DNA of 6,899 nucleotides, from the IMG/VR virus record IMGVR_UViG_2698536369_000004, positions 1-6,899 of that record. One strand, written 5' to 3'. Both the position numbers and the translations under genes were made by a program. Positions 1-6,784 of this stretch are shown here, one piece after another (the first letter of the stretch is position 1; each line of letters opens with the position of its first letter). The notes beneath the pieces are model-generated. The model was given only the letters and a program-made list of their open reading frames with translations, was not told the origin of the DNA and did not search any database. This DNA is from a virus (taxonomy: Duplodnaviria; Heunggongvirae; Uroviricota; Caudoviricetes).

Positions 1-12
1 GGGATCGTGAGG

Positions 13-39
13 CAAAGAAAACCCGGCGCTGAGGCCGGG
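13..39 (-). terminator. Intrinsic terminator closing the leftward (cI-strand) transcription unit
   Basis: GC stem CCCGGC (22-27) / GCCGGG (34-39) with a 6-nt loop. On the minus strand the stem is followed by TTTTCTTTG (21..13). Lies about 20 nt past the stop of the 42-aa ORF. Confidence 0.6.
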
Positions 40-60
40 TTCTGTCATCTAACTTAAGTA

Positions 61-189
61 TCAAGCCGCTTTTTGTGAATGATTGATGTGAGCTTCAAAG
101 TCGCGGCGTAGATTTTGAACGCGCTCTACACATCCGCGCATTTCAGCCAAAAGCTTACTAACGGCAGTATAGTCAAACGCTTTAGTCAT
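61..189 (-). CDS. Hypothetical small protein (42 aa), second gene of the cassette downstream of cI
   Basis: Not in the ORF track (under 60 aa); found by reading the minus strand. ATG at 189..187, stop TGA at 63..61. Translation: MTKAFDYTAVSKLLAEMRGCVERVQNLRRDFEAHINHSQKAA. Preceded by GAGGGG plus an A-run, 15 nt after the stop of the upstream 120-aa ORF, and followed by the terminator at 13..39. No recognisable motif. Confidence 0.5.
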   Translation of the reverse strand: MTKAFDYTAVSKLLAEMRGCVERVQNLRRDFEAHINHSQKAA

Positions 190-204
190 TTTTTTTCCCC
201 TCGT

Positions 205-567
205 TTAAATGTAAGGCTCAACATCAAGGGCTGCTATTGCTGCGCACAATGCGTCAGGATCGTCAGCATCGATGGCTTGAGCCAGGTCATTAGCCAGTAT
301 AAGTAACTTATCGATGACAGCGATTTCGCTGGTCTTATCTACACGAAAGTATGGGAGCAGAGCATTACATACGTCTCTGAATGTCCGTAATTCTGCGACA
401 ACGTTCGAAAAGGTAGGATCTTTCTTACGAAGATCCACCAATGGCGCTACTTTAGCTGTTTTCAGCATTGCACTAATCTCGCCAATCATTGTTCCATGCA
501 GACGATTAAATTCATCAACAGCTCGGTCATGCAAGCTCTTGTTGATTGGCAATACGTTTTGGGTCAC
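205..567 (-). CDS. Hypothetical protein (120 aa), first gene of the cassette in the rexA-equivalent position
   Basis: Six-frame ORF with GTG start at 567..565 (first in-frame ATG is codon 27). Minus-strand AAGGAG sits 8 nt upstream of the GTG. Same strand as cI and immediately downstream of it. No similarity to RexA/RexB that I can recognise; no Walker or TM features seen. Confidence 0.7.
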   Translation of the reverse strand: MTQNVLPINKSLHDRAVDEFNRLHGTMIGEISAMLKTAKVAPLVDLRKKDPTFSNVVAELRTFRDVCNALLPYFRVDKTSEIAVIDKLLILANDLAQAIDADDPDALCAAIAALDVEPYI

Positions 568-784
568 TAACTATACTCCTTATATAGGTGTTCGCCAACA
601 GATTTTCAATATGACTTGGGCGATTTCTGAACAATAAGCACGATTTAGCAATGATTAATTGATGTTAAGCACAAATATCTCTACATCGTGCATTTTTAAC
701 TATTTATACACATAAAATCTAATAAATGGATATAAACCTTATGATGATTTTTCTCAATCGAATTGAATAATGATCTCTATCACA

Positions 785-1501
<717 letters not shown>

Positions 1502-1504
1502 TTA

Positions 1505-1533
1505 AATCTATCACCGCAAGGGATAAATATCTA
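1505..1533 (-). promoter_or_regulatory. PRM maintenance promoter
   Basis: Minus-strand -10 TAGATT (1510..1505) and -35 TAGATA (1533..1528), as in lambda PRM. Predicted start coincides with the cI ATG at 1498. Confidence 0.8.
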
Positions 1534-1572
1534 ACACCGTGCGTGTTGACTATTTTACCTCTGGCGGTGATA
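1509..1572. promoter_or_regulatory. Right operator OR3-OR2-OR1 (CI/Cro binding sites)
   Basis: Three 17-bp operators matching lambda: OR3 TATCACCGCAAGGGATA (1509-1525), OR2 TAACACCGTGCGTGTTG (1532-1548), OR1 TACCTCTGGCGGTGATA (1556-1572). Confidence 0.92.
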
Positions 1573-1574
1573 AT
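1546..1574 (+). promoter_or_regulatory. PR early rightward promoter
   Basis: -35 TTGACT (1546-1551) and -10 GATAAT (1569-1574), 17-bp spacer, overlapping OR2/OR1. Drives cro, whose SD is AAGGAGG at 1588-1594. Confidence 0.88.
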
Positions 1575-1589
1575 GGTTGCATGTACTAA

Positions 1590-1799
<210 letters not shown>

Positions 1800-1806
1800 A
1801 TAACCC

Positions 1807-1838
1807 CGCTCTTACACATTCCAGCCCTGAAAAAGGGC
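1807..1838 (+). promoter_or_regulatory. nutR N-utilisation site (boxA plus boxB hairpin)
   Basis: boxA CGCTCTTA (1807-1814) and boxB GCCCTGAAAAAGGGC (1824-1838), a 5-bp stem with 5-nt A-rich loop, placed just downstream of cro as in lambda. Confidence 0.88.
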
Positions 1839-1844
1839 ATCAAA

Positions 1845-1917
1845 TTAAACCACACCTATGGTGTATGCATTTATTTGCATACATTCAATCAATTGTTATC
1901 TAAGGAAATACTTACAT
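1845..1917 (+). terminator. tR1-equivalent rho-dependent terminator region (by position and lambda-like sequence)
   Basis: The segment between nutR and the cII start matches the lambda nutR-tR1-cII leader as recalled (CACACCTATGGTGTATGCATTTATTTGCATACATTCAATCAATTG...). Rho-dependent sites have no clear hairpin, so this is called by homology only. Confidence 0.5.
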
Positions 1918-2196
1918 ATGCAACTTACAAGTACTCGCAAGAAAGCGAATGCAATTACAAGCAACATCCTGAATCGAATTGCTGTACGTGGTCAGCGAAA
2001 GGTTGCCGACGCGTTAGGGGTTAATGAATCGCAAATTTCGCGATGGAAAGACAGCTTCATCCCCAAAATGGGAATGCTTCTGGCTGTTCTTGAATGGGGT
2101 GTTGAAGACGAGGAGTTGGCGGAACTGGCTAAGCAAGTAGCCAGAATGCTGACAAAAGAAAAAGCCCCGAAGAACGGCGAATTCTTCGAGGCCTAA
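1918..2196 (+). CDS. cII: CII-like transcriptional activator (92 aa), diverged from lambda CII
   Basis: ATG at 1918 is preceded by the lambda cII initiation region (TAAGGAAATACTTACAT-ATG). The protein (MQLTSTRKKANAITSNILNRIAVRGQRKVADALGVNESQISRWKDSFIPKMGMLLAVLEWGVEDEELAELAKQ...) aligns with lambda CII around the HTH (QISRWK) and LLAVLEWGV, but differs at many positions. Confidence 0.85.
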   Translation: MQLTSTRKKANAITSNILNRIAVRGQRKVADALGVNESQISRWKDSFIPKMGMLLAVLEWGVEDEELAELAKQVARMLTKEKAPKNGEFFEA

Positions 2197-2220
2197 TGTA
2201 GAAAGACTGGATCAATCCAC
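2152..2220 (-). ncRNA. Candidate oop-like antisense RNA overlapping the 3' end of cII
   Basis: Minus-strand intrinsic terminator: stem GCCCCGAAGAA (2164-2174) / TTCTTCGAGGC (2182-2192) with one mismatch, followed on the minus strand by TTTTTCTTTTGT (2163..2152). A minus-strand CATAAT -10 lies at 2233..2228, in the same position relative to the O-type start region as lambda pO. The predicted ~70-nt RNA is comparable to lambda oop (77 nt). Inferred by analogy, not proven. Confidence 0.4.
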
Positions 2221-2230
2221 GGGAGTAATT

Positions 2231-2392
2231 ATGACAAAACGTCGTAAGAAATACCAGGAAAAAGAAGAGATTCGACACCCTGATTCACCTGAAGGATTAG
2301 TGGTAGCCGCAGCAAATAACAGGGCGTTCGCAGAGCGCCTTGTTGGTGTTTACAGACTAGCCAAAGCAGGAGTGAAACATGGGCGTCGTTAA
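2231..2392 (+). CDS. Candidate small ORF (53 aa) between cII and the O-type gene
   Basis: Not in the ORF track (under 60 aa). ATG at 2231 with GGGAG 7 nt upstream; the initiation region resembles the lambda O start (..GGAGTCATT-ATGACAAA..). Translation: [53 protein letters not shown]. Ends at TAA 2390-2392, overlapping the O-type start by 14 nt in another frame. Could instead be a non-coding remnant. Confidence 0.35.
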   Translation: MTKRRKKYQEKEEIRHPDSPEGLVVAAANNRAFAERLVGVYRLAKAGVKHGRR

Positions 2393-3200
2393 GTTAGCTG
2401 ATTACAGGCCTCAACTGGAGGTCGTGGAGCATCGCGTGGCAGATACCGAAGATGGTTTCATGCGCGTTGCTAACGAGATTACCGACAGTCTGCTGATGGC
2501 TGATTTAACCGTCCGGCAGCTGAAGGTGATGCTCGCTATCATGCGCAAGACATACGGATTCAATAAGCCGATGGATCGACTCACAAACACGCAGATAGCA
2601 GCCATGACAGGTATTCATCACACTCATGTTTGCGCTGCCAAGCGCCAGCTTATTGAGCGTAAATTCCTCATTGCTGATGGCGTGAAAATCGGAGTGAACA
2701 AGGTGGTTTCGCAGTGGATTAGCCAGGACAGCTTAACATTAGCTAAAACAGCTAATAAAACATTAGCCAAGTCGGCTAATAGGTATAAGCCAAGTCAGCT
2801 AAACACAAAAGACAATATACAAAAGACAATAAATACAAATACCCCCTTACCCCCTAACGGGGGCGGCGATGGGCAGGTTAAACCTGAACGTCGCAAGGCA
2901 GAACGAATCGACTACGAATCCTTCCTGAACGCCTACAACACCGAAGTCGGTAACAGACTTCCACACGCTGTTGCGGTCAACGAGAAACGCAAACGCCGCC
3001 TGAAGAAAATCATCCCGCAACTAAAAACGCCAAACGTGGACGGTTTCAGAGCGTATGTCAGGGCGTTTGTGCATCAGGCCAAGCCGTTTTACTTCGGAGA
3101 CAACGACACGGGCTGGACGGCTGATTTTGATTACCTGCTGAGAGAAGATTCGTTAACGGGAGTTCGGGAAGGGAAGTTTGCAGACAGGGGGATTGCATGA
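2379..3200 (+). CDS. O: Replication initiation protein, lambda O / P22 gp18 type (273 aa)
   Basis: N-terminal region aligns with lambda O as recalled ([28 protein letters not shown] versus lambda ADLTKRQFKVLLAILRKTYGWNKPMDRI). Contains an internal iteron origin. Stop TGA overlaps the helicase ATG (ATGA at 3197-3200). Confidence 0.92.
   Translation: MGVVKLADYRPQLEVVEHRVADTEDGFMRVANEITDSLLMADLTVRQLKVMLAIMRKTYGFNKPMDRLTNTQIAAMTGIHHTHVCAAKRQLIERKFLIADGVKIGVNKVVSQWISQDSLTLAKTANKTLAKSANRYKPSQLNTKDNIQKTINTNTPLPPNGGGDGQVKPERRKAERIDYESFLNAYNTEVGNRLPHAVAVNEKRKRRLKKIIPQLKTPNVDGFRAYVRAFVHQAKPFYFGDNDTGWTADFDYLLREDSLTGVREGKFADRGIA
2719..2863. repeat. Origin of replication inside the O-type gene: four iterons, AT-rich tract, GC hairpin
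   Basis: Four ~18-bp iterons with internal dyad symmetry: TTAGCCAGGACAGCTTAA (2719-2736), TTAGCTAAAACAGCTAAT (2739-2756), TTAGCCAAGTCGGCTAAT (2763-2780), TAAGCCAAGTCAGCTAAA (2786-2803). These are followed by an AT-rich stretch with CAAAAGACAATA repeats (2804-2841) and the palindrome CCCCCTAACGGGGG (2850-2863). Same architecture as ori-lambda. Confidence 0.78.
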
Positions 3201-4573
3201 GACAGGATATCGAAGCGAGCGTTATCGGTGGCCTGCTGATTGGTGGATTAACACCAACCGCCAGCGACGTTCTGGCAACGCTGGAGCCGGAAGCGTTTTC
3301 AATTCCGCTCTACCGGAAAGCCTTCGAGGTTATCCGCAAGCAGGCGCGAAACAGAAATTTAATCGACGCGCTGATGGTTGCCGAGGCGTGCGGAGAGGAG
3401 CATTTCACGTCAATCCTGATGACCAGCAAAAACTGCCCGAGTGCCGCAAACCTGAAGGGATATGCCGGAATGGTCGCGGATAACTATCACCGCCGTCTGG
3501 TGCTGGAAATCATGGATGAAATGCGTGAACCAATCCAAAGCGGAACCATCGACGCATCGAGTCAGGCGATGGATGAGCTTGTAAAGCGTCTTTCAGCCAT
3601 CAGAAAGCCCCGTGACGAGGTTAAACCGGTACGCTTAGGGGAAATCATCACTGACTACACCGACACGCTTGACAGGCGTCTGAGGAACGGAGAAGAGTCA
3701 GATACCCTGAAGACCGGAATTGAAGAACTTGACGCCATCACCGGAGGGATGAACGCAGAAGACCTAGTGATTATCGCCGCTCGTCCTGGTATGGGGAAAA
3801 CCGAACTGGCGCTGAAGATTGCCGAAGGCGTGGCAAGCCGCGTTATTCCTGGTTCTGACGTCCGGCGCGGGGTATTGATTTTCTCAATGGAAATGAGCGC
3901 ATTGCAGATTGCAGAGCGAAGCATTGCCAACGCCGGGAGGATGTCGGTTAGCGTACTGCGAAATCCTGCATCGATGGATGACGAAGGCTGGGCGCGTGTT
4001 GCTAACGGCATGAGTCAGCTTGCAGATTTTGATGTATGGGTAGTCGATGCCTCGCGGTTATCGGTCGAAGAAATACGCTCAATCGCAGAACGGCACAAAC
4101 AGGAAAATCCAAACCTGTCACTCATCATGGCGGATTATCTTGGCCTGATTGAGAAGCCGAAAGCAGACCGCAACGACCTCGCAATTGCTCACATCTCCGG
4201 AAGCCTGAAGGCGATGGCGAAAGACCTGAAAACGCCTGTTATCTCCCTGAGTCAGCTTTCGCGCGATGTTGAGAAGCGACCAAACAAACGCCCGACAAAC
4301 GCAGATTTGCGTGATTCAGGAAGCATTGAACAGGACGCAGACTCAATCATCATGATCTATCGGGAAGCGGTATATGACGAGAACAGTAGCGCCGCGCCAT
4401 TTGCTGAAATCATCGTGACGAAAAACCGTTTTGGCTCGCTTGGTACGGTTTACCAGCGGTTCTGCAACGGACACTTTGTTGCATGTGACCAGGATGAGGC
4501 CAGACAGATTTGCACAGCATCAAATGCACCCGCTGCACGTGGAAGACGATATGCACAAGGGGCTGACGTATGA
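3197..4573 (+). CDS. Replicative DNA helicase, DnaB family (458 aa), P22 gp12-like
   Basis: Walker A in [13 protein letters not shown] and a DnaB-like motif [10 protein letters not shown] in a RecA-type C-terminal domain, with a DnaB-like N-terminal domain. Size and position directly after the O-type gene match the P22-type replication module. Confidence 0.93.
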   Translation: MRQDIEASVIGGLLIGGLTPTASDVLATLEPEAFSIPLYRKAFEVIRKQARNRNLIDALMVAEACGEEHFTSILMTSKNCPSAANLKGYAGMVADNYHRRLVLEIMDEMREPIQSGTIDASSQAMDELVKRLSAIRKPRDEVKPVRLGEIITDYTDTLDRRLRNGEESDTLKTGIEELDAITGGMNAEDLVIIAARPGMGKTELALKIAEGVASRVIPGSDVRRGVLIFSMEMSALQIAERSIANAGRMSVSVLRNPASMDDEGWARVANGMSQLADFDVWVVDASRLSVEEIRSIAERHKQENPNLSLIMADYLGLIEKPKADRNDLAIAHISGSLKAMAKDLKTPVISLSQLSRDVEKRPNKRPTNADLRDSGSIEQDADSIIMIYREAVYDENSSAAPFAEIIVTKNRFGSLGTVYQRFCNGHFVACDQDEARQICTASNAPAARGRRYAQGADV

Positions 4574-4598
4574 CCATCTACATCACTGAGCTAATAAC

Positions 4599-4630
4599 AG
4601 GCCTGCTGGTAATCGCAGGCCTTTTTATTT
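4599..4630 (+). terminator. Intrinsic terminator downstream of the helicase gene (tR2-like position)
   Basis: Perfect 8-bp stem AGGCCTGC (4599-4606) / GCAGGCCT (4615-4622), 8-nt loop, followed by TTTTATTT (4623-4630). Confidence 0.72.
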
Positions 4631-4659
4631 GGGGGAGAGGGAATTGGAGGCTTTAAGAA

Positions 4660-4875
4660 ATGAGTACGATAGCTGAGCTTGTCAGGGCTAATTTTCGTGA
4701 AGAGTTGGTGCGTTGGTATCGGTATCGTTCATCGTCCAGTTTGCCGATTGATGAGTTGTATGAGCATTCACCTGCTGCACGACGCTATCCGCGTGACCGT
4801 GTTCTTCGACGGTTGTTCAAACTCAACAATGAGTTTCAGCGCAACAGAATAATCCGGAGTCTGGATTTAAAGTGA
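4660..4875 (+). CDS. Hypothetical basic protein (71 aa)
   Basis: ATG at 4660 with GGAGG 9 nt upstream. Arg-rich (MSTIAELVRANFREELVRWYRYRSSSSLPIDELYEHSPAARRYPRDRVLRRLFKLNNEFQRNRIIRSLDLK). First ORF after the terminator; no family recognised. Confidence 0.6.
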   Translation: MSTIAELVRANFREELVRWYRYRSSSSLPIDELYEHSPAARRYPRDRVLRRLFKLNNEFQRNRIIRSLDLK

Positions 4876-4885
4876 AGGAGTGAGC

Positions 4886-5071
4886 ATGAGTCGACGAAGT
4901 AGCTTTTTGGGGTTTGTAATATTCCTATTCTGCACTGGTTACATCGTAATCTGGTCAATTTCGAACATTGAACGTGGCGGGGAATATCTCATTGTAATGT
5001 TCTTTCCTTTGTTTCTTGGGTGGTACGCCGCAAGGTTGCTGGAAGAATGGGGTTACAGGCATAAAAAATAA
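4886..5071 (+). CDS. Hypothetical small membrane protein (61 aa, two predicted TM helices)
   Basis: The ORF-track start at 4880 is GTG; the ATG at 4886 has AAGGAG (4875-4880) 5 nt upstream. Hydrophobic segments FLGFVIFLFCTGYIVIWSI and YLIVMFFPLFLGWYAA; basic C-terminus (YRHKK). Confidence 0.6.
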   Translation: MSRRSSFLGFVIFLFCTGYIVIWSISNIERGGEYLIVMFFPLFLGWYAARLLEEWGYRHKK

Positions 5072-5130
5072 AGGAGTGTTCAGTGAAGCAAACCCTTTTT
5101 TATTGGATTAAGAGCGAGGGGTAAGTACCG

Positions 5131-5313
5131 ATGGTAAATGCATTTATTTGTAGTTTATTTCTTGTCGCGATTTTTCATGGATTCCTTCTGATGATGAGTT
5201 TTGTTCTCTGGAATAATGAATATCGCATATTGGGAGTAGGTTTTGTTTTACGGTTTTCAGTTGTCTGCGCGTTGCTACCGATAATTATGGCGACTATCAA
5301 ATATTATTGGTAA
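5131..5313 (+). CDS. Hypothetical small membrane protein (60 aa, two predicted TM helices)
   Basis: ATG at 5131 with GAGGGG about 10 nt upstream. Hydrophobic segments AFICSLFLVAIFHGFLLMMSFVLW and ILGVGFVLRFSVVCALLPIIMATI. AT-rich codon usage. Confidence 0.55.
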   Translation: MVNAFICSLFLVAIFHGFLLMMSFVLWNNEYRILGVGFVLRFSVVCALLPIIMATIKYYW

Positions 5314-5328
5314 CCCAAAAAATCATCG

Positions 5329-5697
5329 ATGGAGAGTGATATGGACGAATCAAGAAAGCAGTTTGAGGAATACGTTGCCAAAAAATTGAGATTACCATTC
5401 GAGATGATAACCGAGGCAAGAAATGGTGATAGGTACTTCGCATTTTCAAGCATGGATATTCGTCACTCCTTAAATGAGTGGTGGACTTTATGGCAGGCAT
5501 CGCGAGCAGCTATTGAACTGGATATCGACTGGCCAGAATCGAATGACGACTTTTGGAGAGATGGTGAAGAAGGTGCTTATGCGATGGGTTATGAGAATGG
5601 GCGTGACAAAACGGTAATTGCAGTAATGAAAGCTATCAGAGCCGCTGGAATTAAAGAGAAGAATTTCGATGAAGCAAACAATCTTCCTCCGAAGTAA
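5329..5697 (+). CDS. Hypothetical acidic protein (122 aa; alternative start at 5341 gives 118 aa)
   Basis: Long ORF. The ATG at 5341 has GGAGAG (5331-5336) upstream, whereas the ATG at 5329 has no SD. Acidic and Trp-rich (NEWWTLWQASRAAIELDIDWPESNDDFWRDGEEGAY). 3' end overlaps the ninB start by 29 nt. No family recognised. Confidence 0.62.
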   Translation: MESDMDESRKQFEEYVAKKLRLPFEMITEARNGDRYFAFSSMDIRHSLNEWWTLWQASRAAIELDIDWPESNDDFWRDGEEGAYAMGYENGRDKTVIAVMKAIRAAGIKEKNFDEANNLPPK

Positions 5698-6079
5698 GCA
5701 ACAACAGCAAGCCGCAATCAACGCCATCCTCGCAACACCACTCGATAAAGACAAGCCAGTCACCATCCGCATTACTGACTACAAGCGCAACCTTGACCAG
5801 AACGCAAAATTTCACGCGATGGTCGCAGATATCGCTCGTCAAGCTCAATGGTGCGGCAAATGGTTAAAACCAGAACAATGGAAGGTTTTGTTGATCAGCG
5901 GTCATGCAGTGGCAACAAAGCAGGAAGCTGATGTTTTGCCCGGGCTTGAAGGCGAATACGTCAACATTCGCGAAAGCAGCGCGCAGATGAGTGTGAAGCG
6001 TATGGCAAGTCTTATCGAGTACACAACAGCTTGGGCTATTGGTCAGGGTGTCAGATTTACCGACAGGAGGTACGAATGA
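5669..6079 (+). CDS. ninB: NinB (Orf-family recombination mediator), 136 aa
   Basis: Aligns with lambda NinB as recalled ([20 protein letters not shown] versus MKKLTFEIRSPAHQQNAIHAV; [12 protein letters not shown] versus RSLDQNRKLWAC). Stop overlaps the ninE start (ATGA at 6076-6079). Confidence 0.9.
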   Translation: MKQTIFLRSKQQQQAAINAILATPLDKDKPVTIRITDYKRNLDQNAKFHAMVADIARQAQWCGKWLKPEQWKVLLISGHAVATKQEADVLPGLEGEYVNIRESSAQMSVKRMASLIEYTTAWAIGQGVRFTDRRYE

Positions 6080-6252
6080 GACGACAGCGACGAAGTATCA
6101 CCGACATCATCTGCGAAAACTGCAAATACCTTCCAACGAAACGCTCCAGAAATAAACGCAAGCCAATTCCAAAAGAATCTGACGTAAAAACCTTCAACTA
6201 CACGGCTCACCTGTGGGATATCCGGTGGCTAAGACATCGTGCGAGGAAATGA
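6076..6252 (+). CDS. ninE: NinE (58 aa)
   Basis: Translation from ATG 6076: [58 protein letters not shown], matching lambda NinE as recalled. AGGAGG at 6065-6070. The ORF-track start at 6031 is an upstream in-frame extension overlapping ninB. Confidence 0.88.
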   Translation: MRRQRRSITDIICENCKYLPTKRSRNKRKPIPKESDVKTFNYTAHLWDIRWLRHRARK

Positions 6253-6254
6253 CA

Positions 6255-6596
6255 ATGGATTATTCACAGTTAAGTGATTTTGAAATTAACCGAATGGTAG
6301 GAGACATAATTTTTAAAGGCCTTTGGGCATGTAAGCCTGAAACATCAGGGAATAACACCAACAAATGGTATTACGGAAATGCCGATGTAAGTCTTGAGCC
6401 ATTAAACCCTTTGCCTGACTACTGCAATGATCCGAGCGCTTCATGGCCGATTATTGAGAAATACAGGATTTCTATCTTAGACCAGTTAACTGAATGGTGT
6501 GTGGATGCAAAAGGCGTAAGCCCAATATTTGATACCAGACCTCTCCGCGCCGCCATGATTGTCTTTCTCCTGATGCAGGAGGCCAATAATGCTTAG
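6255..6596 (+). CDS. nin-region hypothetical protein (113 aa) in the position of P22 NinX
   Basis: ATG at 6255 directly after the ninE stop, with GAGGAA upstream; the ORF-track start at 6213 overlaps ninE. Lies between ninE and ninF, where P22-type nin regions carry ninX. Identity to NinX is positional only. Confidence 0.65.
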   Translation: MDYSQLSDFEINRMVGDIIFKGLWACKPETSGNNTNKWYYGNADVSLEPLNPLPDYCNDPSASWPIIEKYRISILDQLTEWCVDAKGVSPIFDTRPLRAAMIVFLLMQEANNA

Positions 6597-6765
6597 CCCA
6601 TCTCAATCCCTTCAATACCAGAAAGAAAGCGTCGAGCGGGCTTTAACGTGCGCTAACTGCGGTCAGAAGCTGCATGTGCTGGAAGTTCACGTGTGTGAGC
6701 ACTGCTGCGCAGAACTGATGAGCGATCCGAATAGCTCAATGTACGAGGAAGAAGACGATGAGTGA
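6589..6765 (+). CDS. ninF: NinF (58 aa)
   Basis: Not in the ORF track (under 60 aa). Translation from ATG 6589: [58 protein letters not shown], matching lambda NinF as recalled, with Cys-rich CxxC...CxxCC. Overlaps the preceding ORF by 8 nt. Confidence 0.88.
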   Translation: MLSPSQSLQYQKESVERALTCANCGQKLHVLEVHVCEHCCAELMSDPNSSMYEEEDDE

Positions 6766-6784
6766 TTACCTGAAATGGTATCTC

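Noticed and set aside
115-637. Plus-strand ORFs 115..306 (63 aa) and 314..637 (107 aa)
   Set aside because: Both are antisense to the minus-strand cassette ORFs, which have proper SD sequences and lie on the cI strand. The plus-strand frames have no convincing RBS and low-complexity translations. Treated as shadow ORFs.
1858-1917. Upstream in-frame ATG at 1858 that would extend cII by 20 codons
   Set aside because: The extension runs through the tR1 leader. The SD (TAAGGAAA) is positioned for the ATG at 1918, and the lambda cII start is at the homologous ATG. The extension is probably not translated.
2411-4011. ORFs 2411..2605 (-), 3178..3483 (+) and 3655..4011 (-) inside the O-type and helicase genes
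   Set aside because: Antisense or alternate-frame ORFs inside strongly supported genes with recognisable motifs. No RBS support.
5083-5124. 13-codon mini-ORF (GTG start, MKQTLFYWIKSEG) with a perfect AAGGAG SD, whose first codons resemble the ninB start (TGAAGCAAAC shared)
   Set aside because: A 10-nt identity is expected by chance many times in a window this size, and the ORF is too short to assess. The AAGGAG may serve the downstream gene or be fortuitous. Noted as a possible recombination scar, but not supportable.
5297-5848. Minus-strand ORFs 5297..5500, 5488..5772 and 5651..5848
   Set aside because: Antisense to the 122-aa ORF and ninB, with odd compositions (for example a CCCCLL run) and no RBS. 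Considered spurious.
6031-6254. ORF-track starts at 6031 (ninE) and 6213 (next ORF)
   Set aside because: These are upstream in-frame extensions that overlap the preceding genes. The ATGs at 6076 and 6255 have SD sequences, and 6076 gives the lambda NinE N-terminus.
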